Source: an uncultured bacterium | Lineage (GTDB): Bacteria; Patescibacteriota; Minisyncoccia; Phycocordibacterales; CAIRYW01 | DNA: 64,000 nt | NCBI GenBank assembly: GCA_963766885.1 | Contig: CAVYBO010000002.1 | Span: 293,048-357,047, forward strand | Direction: 5' to 3' | In this document: positions 1 through 10,184 of the stretch, piece after piece | Numbering within the stretch: position 1 is the first letter of the stretch | Layout: each line of letters opens with the position of its first letter | The notes under the pieces: generated by a model | Databases searched by the model: none | Told to the model about the DNA's origin: nothing | Seen by the model: the letters and a program-made list of their open reading frames with translations, nothing else | Program-made: the position numbers and the translations under genes

Positions 1-393
1 CATAGCCTCCACTTCAATTTCATGCATAACTTTAACCAAAATCGCTCCCTGCTCTTTGACCACAGGAGCAATGCCGACGAATTCCACAGGAATTTTAACT
101 TGCACTTTCTTGCCTTTTTCCATCACGTAAAAGTCGGCGTGGATGATTTTGCCAGTCACAGGATCGCGAGCTACGTCGTGAATCAAAGCATCATGCTCTC
201 CAGCATCTCCAACAATGGAAATAACACTGGATTCTCCCGCGTGGCTCAAAACCTTCTCAAACTGTAAATAATCCAATGAAATTGAGGTTGATTTTTCCTT
301 TGGACCATAAAAAACAGCAGGAATTCTGCCCAAAGCGCGAAGCTTCTCGTTTTTTATGCTTGTGTCTCGTTTTTCGGCTTGTAGCGTTACCAT
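1..393 (-). CDS. rplY: 50S ribosomal protein L25 (N-terminal part; runs off the left edge)
   Basis: Manual translation from ATG at 393: MVTLQAEKRDTSIKNEKLRALGRIPAVFYGPKEKS...ALIHDVARDPVTGKIIHADFY...VKIPVEFVG, the L25/Ctc signature. Not in the ORF track because it has no stop codon in the window. Confidence 0.95.
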   Translation of the reverse strand, partial: MVTLQAEKRDTSIKNEKLRALGRIPAVFYGPKEKSTSISLDYLQFEKVLSHAGESSVISIVGDAGEHDALIHDVARDPVTGKIIHADFYVMEKGKKVQVKIPVEFVGIAPVVKEQGAILVKVMHEIEVEAM

Positions 394-470
394 AAATTCC
401 ATTATATATAGATTTTTGGGAAAATCAAATTATTTATTGACTTGAACTAGATAAAAAGTAATATAGGCCT

Positions 471-695
471 ATGAGTGCAAATGAGATCCTTGAGCATCTG
501 AAAAGGGAAATCGTAAGGCCGCAAGAAGCCCTAGCCACGGTGACCTGCGACCCAATCGGCATCGCCATACCTTTTCCGGAGGAGATTTCTCCGGAAGCGG
601 TAAAAGAAGTGGAAACCGGATTAGTTCATCTTCACTGGCGGTTCGAAATCCTCAAAATCCAGAGCAAGACACACTGCGTGTTCTTCCCTTTTTAA
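471..695 (+). CDS. small hypothetical protein (orphan)
   Basis: 74 aa ORF preceded by a TTGACT-N17-TAATAT promoter-like sequence and followed by a hairpin plus T-tract. Confidence 0.5.
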   Translation: MSANEILEHLKREIVRPQEALATVTCDPIGIAIPFPEEISPEAVKEVETGLVHLHWRFEILKIQSKTHCVFFPF

Positions 696-696
696 T

Positions 697-720
697 CGCA
701 TCTCCGGATGCGAATTTTTT
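697..720 (+). terminator. intrinsic terminator
   Basis: TCGCATC-TCCG-GATGCGA stem followed by a T-run. Confidence 0.65.
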
Positions 721-740
721 ATATTTGATATACTTTTAGA

Positions 741-1355
741 ATGAAGAATAAAATTCAAATACTAATGATTCACGGAGGAATGACCTTCAAAAACAGAAAG
801 GACTATTTGCATTATCTAAAGACTAGAGAAATACGTATTAAAAAGAAAGTATATTGGTCTATAGATTATTTAGACAAAAAAATAGGCAAAGACTTTGGAA
901 TCATCAGGCCCCGCATGCCCATGCAAGATAATGCCAAGTATGAGGACTGGAAGATTTATTTTGAAAGATTTATTCCGTATTTAAAATCTCCTTTTATCTT
1001 GATCGGGAGTTCGCTTGGTGGAATTTTCTTGGCTCAATATTTATCTGAACACAAGTTACCCAAGAAAGCGCTCTCCACTTATCTTATATGTCCCCCTTTT
1101 GACAATGAAATAACTGAAGAAGATTTGGTTGGCGGATTTAAACTCAAGTCTGATTTATCTCTTCTTGAAAAGAATTCCAAAAATCTCTACCTGCTATTCT
1201 CAAAAGATGATGACGTTGTGCCTGTCAATCATGCAGAAAAATATAGAAAGAAACTAAAAAATGCAAAGATTATTATCTACGAGAGTAAAGGCGGACATTT
1301 TGATGTGACTGAGTTTCCTGAGATTGTGAAGATGATTAAGGATGATGTAAAGTAG
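741..1355 (+). CDS. alpha/beta hydrolase, RBBP9/YdeN-like
   Basis: IHGG oxyanion motif, GSSLGG nucleophile elbow, SKDDDVVP acid, GGHF histidine. Confidence 0.85.
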   Translation: MKNKIQILMIHGGMTFKNRKDYLHYLKTREIRIKKKVYWSIDYLDKKIGKDFGIIRPRMPMQDNAKYEDWKIYFERFIPYLKSPFILIGSSLGGIFLAQYLSEHKLPKKALSTYLICPPFDNEITEEDLVGGFKLKSDLSLLEKNSKNLYLLFSKDDDVVPVNHAEKYRKKLKNAKIIIYESKGGHFDVTEFPEIVKMIKDDVK

Positions 1356-1383
1356 GACTTCTTAGCCACCTGATTAAGGAATT

Positions 1384-3033
1384 TTATTGTTGAGCTATAT
1401 GATCCTCAATATACTTTTTGGTATCACCTACTTTTTTGCCAGGATTGAAGATGTTTAATGGGTCAAAAATATTTTTAAGGTCTTTGAAAAATCCGTAAAC
1501 TTTTTCTCCGTACATTTCTTCCAAATACGGCGTGCGGATTATTCCGTCGTTGTGCTCGGCTGTCATTGAGCCACCGAATTCTTTAATTAGAGCAAAAACC
1601 TTTTCTTCCACAGGCACAATTTTTGCTCGCTCGCTTTCTTGAGTCAAATCCATAAGAGGAATTATGTGATAATTCCCGTCCCCGGCGTGGCCTGCAATAT
1701 TGGCTTTGATTCCAGCGTCTTTGAGAATTTTAAGAAGTCTTGGCAAAAACTTTGGCATATTTTCTGGCAGAATCGAAAAGTCGTCCACAAAAGGCGCCGT
1801 GCGTTTGCCGTGCACATGGCTTCGCAAAAGATTAAAGCTCTCTCGCCTCATCACCCAATATTTCTCCTCGTCCTTTTCAGTTTCAAGTACCCGAATTTGG
1901 ATGTCTTTAAAGCCTTTTAGCGTTTCAACAATACTTTTTGTTTTTTCTGTAATTGTTTCTTGCTGCTCTTCTGCCAGTTCAATCATCACAATAAGTTTTG
2001 GAAGTCGAAACATCTTGATTCCAACCCACACTTCCGGCAAAAACTGCAGAGCAAATTTAATAAAACTTTCTCCAACTTTTTTGGCAATCTCGGGCATAAA
2101 CCTAATGCCAAGTTTGAGCGTTGCGTCATCAAAAGTTTCCAAGCTCTCCGGCTGAAACGGCAAAACTTTGTTCACAACACTTGGAAGCGCATCCCAGCTT
2201 TTGAAAAACACCACAATCATTTTCCTAAACGGCTTTTCTTTAATGACACGAACTTTAGCTTCTGCCAAAATTCCAAGCGTGCCCTGAGAGCCAACAAACG
2301 CTTGAGTGAGGTCAAAAATCTTTTTGTCTTTATCCCAAATTCTCCACAGAGCATATCCTGAAGAATTTTTGTGGACGTGCGGCTCCGCTGCTTTGATTGC
2401 GTCATAATTTTGATCGACAAGATCAAATGTTTTTTTGTACAATTGCCCCTCAAAATCATTTTGCGAAATTTTTTGCTGCAACTCATTCTCTGACAGCGCT
2501 TTGATTGTGTATTCATTGCCGTCCGCAAGAATCATCTTCAATTCTTTGACAAAGTCTCTTGCTTGGCCATAGCGCAAAGTCTTTTCTCCAGCAGAATTAT
2601 TCATCATCATTCCTCCAAAGGCAGCAAGCTGCTTGGATGCAGGATAAACTGGATATTCAACTTTTTTGGACATCGAGTCCTTTTCAAAATCTCTGAAAAA
2701 CACTCCCGGCTCAACTGTTGCCTCCAATTTTGCCGTGTCTATGGATTCTTTTTTGAAATATTTTGTGAAGTCCAAAATAATTGATTCGTTTAGCGGTCCT
2801 CCTGTCATATCGCTTCCAGCAGATCGACCAGTTAGGGAAAGAGTTGGATCGGATTTTTTGTTCTGATTAATAAAATTTACAAGTTTTTTTACATCTTCTG
2901 TATCTTTAGGATAAACAATTACTTTGGGACACACTTCAAACAAACTCGCATCATGGCTGTATTTTGTGAGCGTGTCTGCATCATCCAAAACATCGCCTTC
3001 TATAATTTTCTGTATTTCTTCTTTTAAATTCAT
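1384..3033 (-). CDS. FAD-binding oxidoreductase (GlcD/D-lactate dehydrogenase family)
   Basis: RSAGSDMTGG, VEPGV, GSQGTLG, GHAGDGNYH, AEHNDG and DPLNIFNPGK motifs. Confidence 0.9.
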   Translation of the reverse strand: MNLKEEIQKIIEGDVLDDADTLTKYSHDASLFEVCPKVIVYPKDTEDVKKLVNFINQNKKSDPTLSLTGRSAGSDMTGGPLNESIILDFTKYFKKESIDTAKLEATVEPGVFFRDFEKDSMSKKVEYPVYPASKQLAAFGGMMMNNSAGEKTLRYGQARDFVKELKMILADGNEYTIKALSENELQQKISQNDFEGQLYKKTFDLVDQNYDAIKAAEPHVHKNSSGYALWRIWDKDKKIFDLTQAFVGSQGTLGILAEAKVRVIKEKPFRKMIVVFFKSWDALPSVVNKVLPFQPESLETFDDATLKLGIRFMPEIAKKVGESFIKFALQFLPEVWVGIKMFRLPKLIVMIELAEEQQETITEKTKSIVETLKGFKDIQIRVLETEKDEEKYWVMRRESFNLLRSHVHGKRTAPFVDDFSILPENMPKFLPRLLKILKDAGIKANIAGHAGDGNYHIIPLMDLTQESERAKIVPVEEKVFALIKEFGGSMTAEHNDGIIRTPYLEEMYGEKVYGFFKDLKNIFDPLNIFNPGKKVGDTKKYIEDHIAQQ

Positions 3034-3060
3034 GTTTTTATTCTAACACGCCGCAAAAGA

Positions 3061-4128
3061 TTACTGATTTATAAGATACTGCTTTATGTTTGCATCCTGT
3101 TCTTCTAGAGTAGCGGCGCAATGGGTTATATGGTTTGAGTCGTGAATATAATACAAACAGTCAGTTTGAGTTGGATTGAGCACCGCCTCAATTGCCGGCA
3201 AACCTGGATTTGAAATCGGATGTGGAGGCAAGCCTTTATTTGTATAACTATTAAATGGTGAGTCAATTTGTTCATCACTTGCTTTAATAGGCGCCCACCA
3301 GCCGCTGCCAGTATTGCCTCTTGCATATTGCAATGTCGAATCAACATCCAAATACATATTATTGTTCAGTCTGTTCCAGAGAATTCCAGCAATCAAAGGC
3401 ATATCTGCATCTCCGGATGCTTCCCGCTGAACAATTGATGCAAGAGTGAGCGCCGTTGTCCATTTAACATTTTGCGCCGCAAACTGAGGCAAAAGCGGAG
3501 CGAACTTTTCATTAAACATCGCAATCAATCTTTTAGCTGTATCAGCAGGTTTTTCATTAACAGGAATCAAATACGTATCCGGAAAATATACTCCTTCGAC
3601 ATAATCAGGATTACTTGTAGTGTCTACATTTATCCATTCGTTTTCTTCTGCTTTTGTCCATCCCAAAGTCTCTGCCAAAAGCGCTGCAATTTCTTCTTTT
3701 CGTAGACCTTCTGGAATTACAACCCATTTCATATACGGATTGCCATCAAGCACTTGAACAATTTGATTTGGCGTCATTTTTGTTGAAAGCATATACGCCC
3801 CAGGTTCAATTGCATTGCTTCCAGATGAATTAAAAGCTGAAACAAAATCCGACGTGGTTGCCACAAATCCCGCTTGAAAAAGATTTTCTGCAATATCATC
3901 TGTAGTGGTTGCATTAAGCGCGATTACAAACTGAGTATCACCTAAAGGCATAGGCAGAGCAGCAGGAGCAGTTGAAGTTCCAACAACAGCAGTTTGAATT
4001 ATTTTTTTGGGTTGGATAATTTCTAAATTTGAATTTTTGTGGCCTAGCAAATTAAACACCAAAAACCCGCCAACTATCATGATAAGCAGAATAAAAACAC
4101 TTAAAATTATTTTCGGATAAATGCCCAT
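3061..4128 (-). CDS. mltG: endolytic transglycosylase MltG (YceG family)
   Basis: N-terminal TM helix; IPEG, EGVYFPDTY, LASIVQRE, SPFNSY..GLPPHPISNPG motifs. Confidence 0.9.
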   Translation of the reverse strand: MGIYPKIILSVFILLIMIVGGFLVFNLLGHKNSNLEIIQPKKIIQTAVVGTSTAPAALPMPLGDTQFVIALNATTTDDIAENLFQAGFVATTSDFVSAFNSSGSNAIEPGAYMLSTKMTPNQIVQVLDGNPYMKWVVIPEGLRKEEIAALLAETLGWTKAEENEWINVDTTSNPDYVEGVYFPDTYLIPVNEKPADTAKRLIAMFNEKFAPLLPQFAAQNVKWTTALTLASIVQREASGDADMPLIAGILWNRLNNNMYLDVDSTLQYARGNTGSGWWAPIKASDEQIDSPFNSYTNKGLPPHPISNPGLPAIEAVLNPTQTDCLYYIHDSNHITHCAATLEEQDANIKQYLINQ

Positions 4129-4134
4129 TATTTA

Positions 4135-4539
4135 TTATTTCTTTTCCTCAAGATCCAAGCAGACAGAATTCAAGCAATATCTTTTGCCGGTCTTTGTTGG
4201 TCCATCATCAAACATATGACCCAAATGCGATCCGCACTTGGCGCATACTACTTCAATACGATTCATTCCATGCGAATGGTCTTCATTTAAAATTACAGCC
4301 CCTGGAAGCGCTTCATCAAAACTCGGCCATCCAGTACCCGAATCAAATTTTGCATCTGAAGCAAACAAAGGATTGCCACAGGCCATGCAGCGATAAATTC
4401 CATCTTTGTCGGAGTGCAAAAGCTTTCCAGAAAAAGGCGCCTCTGTGCCCTTCTGCCGAAGCACCTGATACTGCTCTGGAGTTAAAACTTTTTTCCACTC
4501 TTCTTCTGTTTGGGGCATTGGCTTATTGTCTTTGTCCAT
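4135..4539 (-). CDS. msrB: peptide-methionine (R)-S-oxide reductase
   Basis: GTEAPFSG, CxxC, FDSGTGWPSF, HLGH.FDDGP and RYCLNS. Confidence 0.97.
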   Translation of the reverse strand: MDKDNKPMPQTEEEWKKVLTPEQYQVLRQKGTEAPFSGKLLHSDKDGIYRCMACGNPLFASDAKFDSGTGWPSFDEALPGAVILNEDHSHGMNRIEVVCAKCGSHLGHMFDDGPTKTGKRYCLNSVCLDLEEKK

Positions 4540-4554
4540 AAATTTAAAAATTAT

Positions 4555-5094
4555 TTAGTACAACTTATCTAATAACTGCGCAAAATTTTTTTGAACTTTT
4601 TCCAGCTTTGGATTTATCACAACTTCGCAATACGGATTGCCAGGGTGGGTGGCAAAATAATCGTGGTGATAATTTTCCGCTTCATAAAAATTCTCCAAAG
4701 GTACCACTTCAGTTACTACGGATTTGCCATCCTTGTTTGATGCATTTATTTCTTTGATAAAATCCTCTGCTTGTTTTTGCTGCTCTGGAGTGGTGTAAAA
4801 AATAACAGAACGATATTGAGTGCCGACATCATTGCCCTGCCTGTTTAAAGTTGTCGGATCGTGGCTTCCAAAAAATACCGTCAGCAAATCCCTGTATTTG
4901 ACAAGACTTGGATCATATTCGATTTTGACAACTTCTGCGTGTCCTGTGGTTCCCGAACAAACTTGTTCATAAGTTGGATTTGGATTTTTGCCGCCCGAAT
5001 ATCCGGGCAATACCGAAGAAACGCCTTTCATCATTTTGAAGACTGCTTCCGTACACCAAAAACATCCTCCTCCAAAAATTGCTGTTTCTTTCAT
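4555..5094 (-). CDS. msrA: peptide-methionine (S)-S-oxide reductase
   Basis: [33 protein letters not shown] and AENYHHDY. Confidence 0.97.
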   Translation of the reverse strand: MKETAIFGGGCFWCTEAVFKMMKGVSSVLPGYSGGKNPNPTYEQVCSGTTGHAEVVKIEYDPSLVKYRDLLTVFFGSHDPTTLNRQGNDVGTQYRSVIFYTTPEQQKQAEDFIKEINASNKDGKSVVTEVVPLENFYEAENYHHDYFATHPGNPYCEVVINPKLEKVQKNFAQLLDKLY

Positions 5095-5118
5095 AAATTT
5101 TTATATTTATTTATAAAA

Positions 5119-6327
5119 TTATCCGAATGTGAATGTATACGCATCAAGTCCGCCGCTTGGAACTGTGATTTGCAAAGTATGTTCTCCATAACTTGTTCCG
5201 TTAACAAGACTATAAAGCTTGTTGGCTTGAATCAAAGCCGTGCTGTCGCTTGAGACATCTGCCCCCGCTTGATTTCCCAAAGGTTTGCCATCTAAAAGAA
5301 TTTGAATCTTTGTTCCATTTACGGAACTAGCTACCATATAGACATTCTTAGCGTCATATTGATACGTAATTGTGTCGTCGGTTGTGCCTGTCGGCGCTGA
5401 CTCTGCATATTGGCTTTGAAAATTCCAAGTGCCGCCCAAATAAAGAGTGTTCAAAGTAATATTCACTGGAATTGTCAAAGTTTGTGTGCCTATCGTGGCT
5501 TGCGTTCCGTCGCCAAGATACTGGTTTCTTTCTGCTCCAAAATACGTTTCTGGACTTTGCACGCCATTTGCATCCATCGAAACAATATCAGAAGGACTGA
5601 CGATTCCTGCTGGAATATTATCCGGCAATCCCAAAACTTCTGCGCGTTCCTTGAGCGCGGCTTGAATTGCTTGTTCTGTCTCAGCGTAATTTCCTTCGCC
5701 AATATTGTTGTGTACAACATAGCCATCAATGTCTATCAGATATTCTTCCGGCCAATATTCATTGTTGTATGCATTCCAAGTTCCCATATTGCTGTCTAAA
5801 ACAACAGGATATATTACACCGTCTGCTTTTACAGCAGACGCAACATTGCTGTAAACTTTTTCAAAATCAAATTCCGGAGTATGAACGCCTACAATCACTA
5901 GTCCGTAATCTTTGTATTTTTGATACCAGGCTTTGAGATACGGCAGAGTCCTCTGGCAATTAATGCAGCTGTATGTCCAAAAATCTAACAGCACAACTTT
6001 ATTGCCAACCAAAGATGAAAGCGTGAATGGCGGAGTATTTATAAATCCTGTCGGATCAACAAATTCTTTGGCCTTTGAATATTCTGAAGCTTTGGCTGCC
6101 AAAATAGCCGATCTGTTTACAACATTTTTAACCGAGGTTTGAGTTGAAGTTGCTTCGCTTGTGGTTGCTGCAGTAGTGGTCGCCGGCTCAGAAAGAATCG
6201 GCTTTGAAACAACCTCAGGGGCCGGACCAACAAGCGTCGGCGCCTTCTCGGCTTCCAAATACCAAATTGCTCCTCCGATGATTATCAAAACCAAAACTAA
6301 AATTATATTCCTTGTGTTATTTGTCAT
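5119..6327 (-). CDS. membrane-anchored DipZ-like thioredoxin (redoxin plus DipZ C-terminal domain)
   Basis: TM anchor; LLDFWTYSCINCQRTLP; GVHTPEFDFE; SPETYFG; C-terminal YTFTFG. Confidence 0.9.
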   Translation of the reverse strand: MTNNTRNIILVLVLIIIGGAIWYLEAEKAPTLVGPAPEVVSKPILSEPATTTAATTSEATSTQTSVKNVVNRSAILAAKASEYSKAKEFVDPTGFINTPPFTLSSLVGNKVVLLDFWTYSCINCQRTLPYLKAWYQKYKDYGLVIVGVHTPEFDFEKVYSNVASAVKADGVIYPVVLDSNMGTWNAYNNEYWPEEYLIDIDGYVVHNNIGEGNYAETEQAIQAALKERAEVLGLPDNIPAGIVSPSDIVSMDANGVQSPETYFGAERNQYLGDGTQATIGTQTLTIPVNITLNTLYLGGTWNFQSQYAESAPTGTTDDTITYQYDAKNVYMVASSVNGTKIQILLDGKPLGNQAGADVSSDSTALIQANKLYSLVNGTSYGEHTLQITVPSGGLDAYTFTFG

Positions 6328-6332
6328 ATTTT

Positions 6333-7100
6333 TTATATTTTTTCTTGCTTAATTGCTGTTGAGGCAAGATATGAAAGAAATCCGGGAATAATCGGCAGAA
6401 TGCACGGACTTAAAAACGAACTTAAACCTGCAATAAATGCGATACCCAAGTTAATAATTGAAACTGAATTTATGTTTCCTCCGGCGTTTGTGCCAAAATT
6501 AAGTTTATCCAAAACACCGGCAAGTATTGGCAGATTCGCAATATTGCTCAATTCCCCGACAAAAATAAAAATTCCGATTATTATAAGCAGAATACCGAAA
6601 AAATATTCAAAATATTTCAGCCACTTGCCCGCTTTATCAATCAAACTCTGGGCTTGATTGGTAAAAAGTCCTACAAGCAAAAACGGAATTCCGATTCCAA
6701 GGGTGTATGCAAAGAGCAAAAGAAACGCGCTTGAAGCATCTGTTGCAGCCAGCGCAAGAATAGCTCCAAGAGCCGCACTGACACACGGTGTCCATCCCAC
6801 GGCAAAGGCAGCTCCAAAAACAAATGATGTTATGTAATAAGAGCCGAACTTTTTTTTGACAGCGATTTTGTGATCGCGCATCAAAAAGCTCGGACGAAAT
6901 AAATCCAAAAGAAATAGCCCGAAAAGAATTATTATAACACCGCCGATTCTGCCGAGCCACATTTGAAATTCTTTGGAAGAATGGACCAAAACAGTCTGAA
7001 GCAAAATTCCAACAATAGAAAAAACCACAGAAAATCCCAGAACAAAAAACACGCTGCTAAAGAATATGCTCCAGTCTCTCTTTTTATTTGACTCCTCCAT
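6333..7100 (-). CDS. ccdA: CcdA/DsbD-beta family disulfide transporter, circularly permuted
   Basis: GWTPCV (normally the second Cys) is internal, while AFIAGLSSFLSPCILPIIPGFLSYL (normally the N-terminal TM1) is at the C-terminus. Confidence 0.88.
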   Translation of the reverse strand: MEESNKKRDWSIFFSSVFFVLGFSVVFSIVGILLQTVLVHSSKEFQMWLGRIGGVIIILFGLFLLDLFRPSFLMRDHKIAVKKKFGSYYITSFVFGAAFAVGWTPCVSAALGAILALAATDASSAFLLLFAYTLGIGIPFLLVGLFTNQAQSLIDKAGKWLKYFEYFFGILLIIIGIFIFVGELSNIANLPILAGVLDKLNFGTNAGGNINSVSIINLGIAFIAGLSSFLSPCILPIIPGFLSYLASTAIKQEKI

Positions 7101-7330
7101 ACCTATATTATAGTTTTAACCGAACAATTTTGCCACTCCATAAAACTATTCTCCGTAAAAGACGTATATTATCAGTATGATGAAGAAAACCCTTTATATA
7201 ATACTGATTTTGATAACCATACTAATGCTGGTCCTATTGTTTTACTTGTATAGCCTAAATCAAAAAATAGAACATGCCGCAAGTAGATCAACCTCAAATT
7301 CGGTATATTTGAGTAATACTTAAAACAAAA

Positions 7331-8866
7331 ATGATGCGGAAAAACCAAAAAACGCCCCGTCAACAATTTGGAAAATTGTTTGATGAAATACAACTCTCTA
7401 GAGCGCTGATAGACAGCAAGACTTTTGTTGACTGCACACCAAAGATAGATCCTGAAAAAATTATTCTTGATTATAAAGAAGGCGAAATAAAAAAAGAAAG
7501 CATCAGGGAATTCGTAGAAAAGCATTTCTCTTTTCCAAAAGAACCGGAAACTCCGCACGCTCGAAATCACCACCACAGAGACACAAACGACGCACGAGCA
7601 TATATAGAAAAAATGTGGGATTTTTTGACCCGTGAAGCTGATATTTATCAAGAAAATTCTTCGCTTATTGCGCTGCCATACAAATACGTGGTCCCCGGAG
7701 GACGCTTTAGGGAAATTTATTATTGGGATTCGTATTTTACAATGCTAGGACTCAAAGAAAGCGGCCGATTTGATTTGATTTTCGATATGGTAAAAAACTT
7801 TTTATCTCTGATTGATACTCACGGTTTCATACCAAACGGCAATAGAAATTATTATCTTTCCAGGTCACAACCACCGATGTTTGCACTGATGATCCAGCTT
7901 CTCGAAACTTCCAAAGACATCAGTATTTATGAAATTTATCTTTCTGCCATGATCAAGGAATATGAATACTGGATGAATGGTGCAAAAAACATCAAATTTA
8001 AAATAGGGATATCAGAAACTGCGGAGCATGTTGTTAAAATGCCAGGCGGAGAAATTTTAAACAGATACTTTGACCAATTCGCGGAACCAAGAGAAGAGGC
8101 TTTTGCCGAAGATGTTGATCTGGCAACAGAAGTTTTGGATAAAAAATATTTTTGGCAGAATATGCGAGCCGGAGCCGAGAGCGGATGGGATTACTCAAGC
8201 CGCTGGTTTGCAGATGAAACAACCCGTGCAACAGCGCGCACAATAGACATTCTTCCTGTTGACCTAAATTGCCTTCTTTTTATGACAGAACTCATCATTG
8301 CGGATGCATGTGATGTATGCGAGCAAACAGAAGACGCTTTGAGATTCAGAGAAAAAGCTGAAGCAAGGAAAAAAGCAATCCAAAAATATTGCTGGAGCGG
8401 CAAAGACGGCTGGTTTTGCGATTATCTTTTAAAAGAAAACTCTCATTCTCCGAACCTTTCGCTTGCCGGCGTATTCCCTCTTTTTGCGGGAATTGCCACA
8501 GACAGACAAGCTGAAATTATAAAGGAAAATATTATGAAAAAATTTTTAAGAGACGGCGGACTTCTAACCACCCTCAAAGAAACCGGTGAACAATGGGATG
8601 CGCCAAACGGCTGGGCGCCCCTTCATTACATTTCAATAATCGGATTGGAAAAATACGGATTCAAAAATGAAGCAGAGGAAATAGCAAAGAAGTGGATTGG
8701 CACAAATATCAATGCATTCCAAAAAACTGGAACTTTTTTTGAAAAATATAATGTTCGTAATCCAGAATCTTTTGCTTCCGGAGGAGAATACCCCGTCCAA
8801 GACGGATTCGGATGGACAAACGGAGTACTGCTTTATCTTTTGAATAGGTATAGTAACTTTATTTAA
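7331..8866 (+). CDS. alpha,alpha-trehalase (GH37, TreA/TreF type)
   Basis: DSKTFVD, YVVPGGRFREIYYWDSYF, IPNGNRNYYLSRSQPP, AESGWDYSSRW, QWDAPNGWAP and GFGWTNG. Confidence 0.95.
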   Translation: MMRKNQKTPRQQFGKLFDEIQLSRALIDSKTFVDCTPKIDPEKIILDYKEGEIKKESIREFVEKHFSFPKEPETPHARNHHHRDTNDARAYIEKMWDFLTREADIYQENSSLIALPYKYVVPGGRFREIYYWDSYFTMLGLKESGRFDLIFDMVKNFLSLIDTHGFIPNGNRNYYLSRSQPPMFALMIQLLETSKDISIYEIYLSAMIKEYEYWMNGAKNIKFKIGISETAEHVVKMPGGEILNRYFDQFAEPREEAFAEDVDLATEVLDKKYFWQNMRAGAESGWDYSSRWFADETTRATARTIDILPVDLNCLLFMTELIIADACDVCEQTEDALRFREKAEARKKAIQKYCWSGKDGWFCDYLLKENSHSPNLSLAGVFPLFAGIATDRQAEIIKENIMKKFLRDGGLLTTLKETGEQWDAPNGWAPLHYISIIGLEKYGFKNEAEEIAKKWIGTNINAFQKTGTFFEKYNVRNPESFASGGEYPVQDGFGWTNGVLLYLLNRYSNFI

Positions 8867-8915
8867 ACTGCGAACTATTGACATATCAAAATAATTATTA
8901 TATCAATAATGCGAA

Positions 8916-9365
8916 ATGAACATTCTCAAAAAAATAGCTATGGTGCTAACTGGCTTGCTATACGCAATCGCCATGTTTAAAGCAGAAGACTTCAATTACA
9001 ATCTTCAAACCGCTCAATACCAAGATTACTTCGGTATCGTTACTTCAGATGCTCCGTATTGGATGCATCTGGTGCTGCTTCCGGCAGCGGTAACTATGGT
9101 GCTCGGCGTGATAAATGTCGGCGTTTGGCTACGACTCATCGGGTTGAGCCTCAGTTCTCTCTTTGTTTGGAATGAACTGACATCGTCTTTGAGCTTTCTC
9201 AAGGAAGCCAGTCAAATGGCTGACTACTGGAAAGCTGTCGGGCCGGTCCCTCAACCTCCTGTTATGCTTCTCTACCTTATTCTTTACGCTACGGCCATCT
9301 GGGCAAGCGTGGCGATCATTGAGAAAATCCTGAAAAGAGAAGGTCCTTCTCTGCTTGACGATTAG
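8916..9365 (+). CDS. hypothetical membrane protein (orphan)
   Basis: 149 aa with several hydrophobic segments; TTGACA at 8878; hairpin plus T-tract at about 9383-9408. Confidence 0.6.
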   Translation: MNILKKIAMVLTGLLYAIAMFKAEDFNYNLQTAQYQDYFGIVTSDAPYWMHLVLLPAAVTMVLGVINVGVWLRLIGLSLSSLFVWNELTSSLSFLKEASQMADYWKAVGPVPQPPVMLLYLILYATAIWASVAIIEKILKREGPSLLDD

Positions 9366-9406
9366 CGTCGTACGTTCTCACACGCACTAAATTAGGTGCG
9401 TATTTT

Positions 9407-10135
9407 TTATTTCAAATTTTTGGAAAGAAATTCTAAAGTTTTTTTCCATGCGTCATCGGCTGCTTCTTTGTTATACATTCGCGTATTATTCTCATTCATA
9501 AAAGCATGACCGCAGTTTGGATACACGATTGCTTCAAAATTCTTATCAGCAATTTTCATATTTTCTTTGAGCTCTGGAAGTGTTTCTATAAGTCGCGTAT
9601 CTTGTTCTCCATAAAAAGCCAAAACCGGACAATTTAGATTTGGAATTTTGTCTTTCTCCAAAGGCTGTCCATAAAACGGCACTGAAGCTTTGATTCTTTG
9701 TTCTGCAGCTGCTAGCGCAAAGCTGTATGTACCGCCAAAACAAAATCCCAGAACTCCGATGTTGCCATTTACATTTTCATCATCCAAAAGATATTCAAAA
9801 CAGTCCTTAAGTTTATTGACAGCTTGCTTTGCAAATTCCGGACTTCTCATTGGACCAAACTGTTCGCGCATTTTCTTCTGCGCTTCGTCCCGGGTTTCTG
9901 GATCTTGAGCTTCTTTAAAAAGCTTTTCTCCCGCCAAACTTTCAAGTGGAGTATCAAAAAATAAATCTGGCGCAAGCACAGAGTAACCTTCCTTTGCAAA
10001 CCTGTCAGAAATATTTTTGATGTTTGGAATCAATCCCCAGATTTCGTGGATGACGATAAGCCCTGGATGCTTGCCTCCTTTGTCCGGATAAGAGTGATAC
10101 GCGGGAATATTTTTTATATTGACTGTTTTATTCAT
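9407..10135 (-). CDS. dienelactone hydrolase family protein
   Basis: HEIWGL, LAPDLF, GFCFGG and GHAFMN. Confidence 0.92.
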   Translation of the reverse strand: MNKTVNIKNIPAYHSYPDKGGKHPGLIVIHEIWGLIPNIKNISDRFAKEGYSVLAPDLFFDTPLESLAGEKLFKEAQDPETRDEAQKKMREQFGPMRSPEFAKQAVNKLKDCFEYLLDDENVNGNIGVLGFCFGGTYSFALAAAEQRIKASVPFYGQPLEKDKIPNLNCPVLAFYGEQDTRLIETLPELKENMKIADKNFEAIVYPNCGHAFMNENNTRMYNKEAADDAWKKTLEFLSKNLK

Positions 10136-10184
10136 GTTATTTATTATAAAAAAATTAACTGTTTTACCTATTAATTTGATTGTA

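Noticed and set aside
22-267. 81 aa plus-strand ORF and the many other short antisense or overlapping ORFs in the track
   Set aside because: They are shadows of well-supported genes on the opposite strand or in another frame (here rplY).
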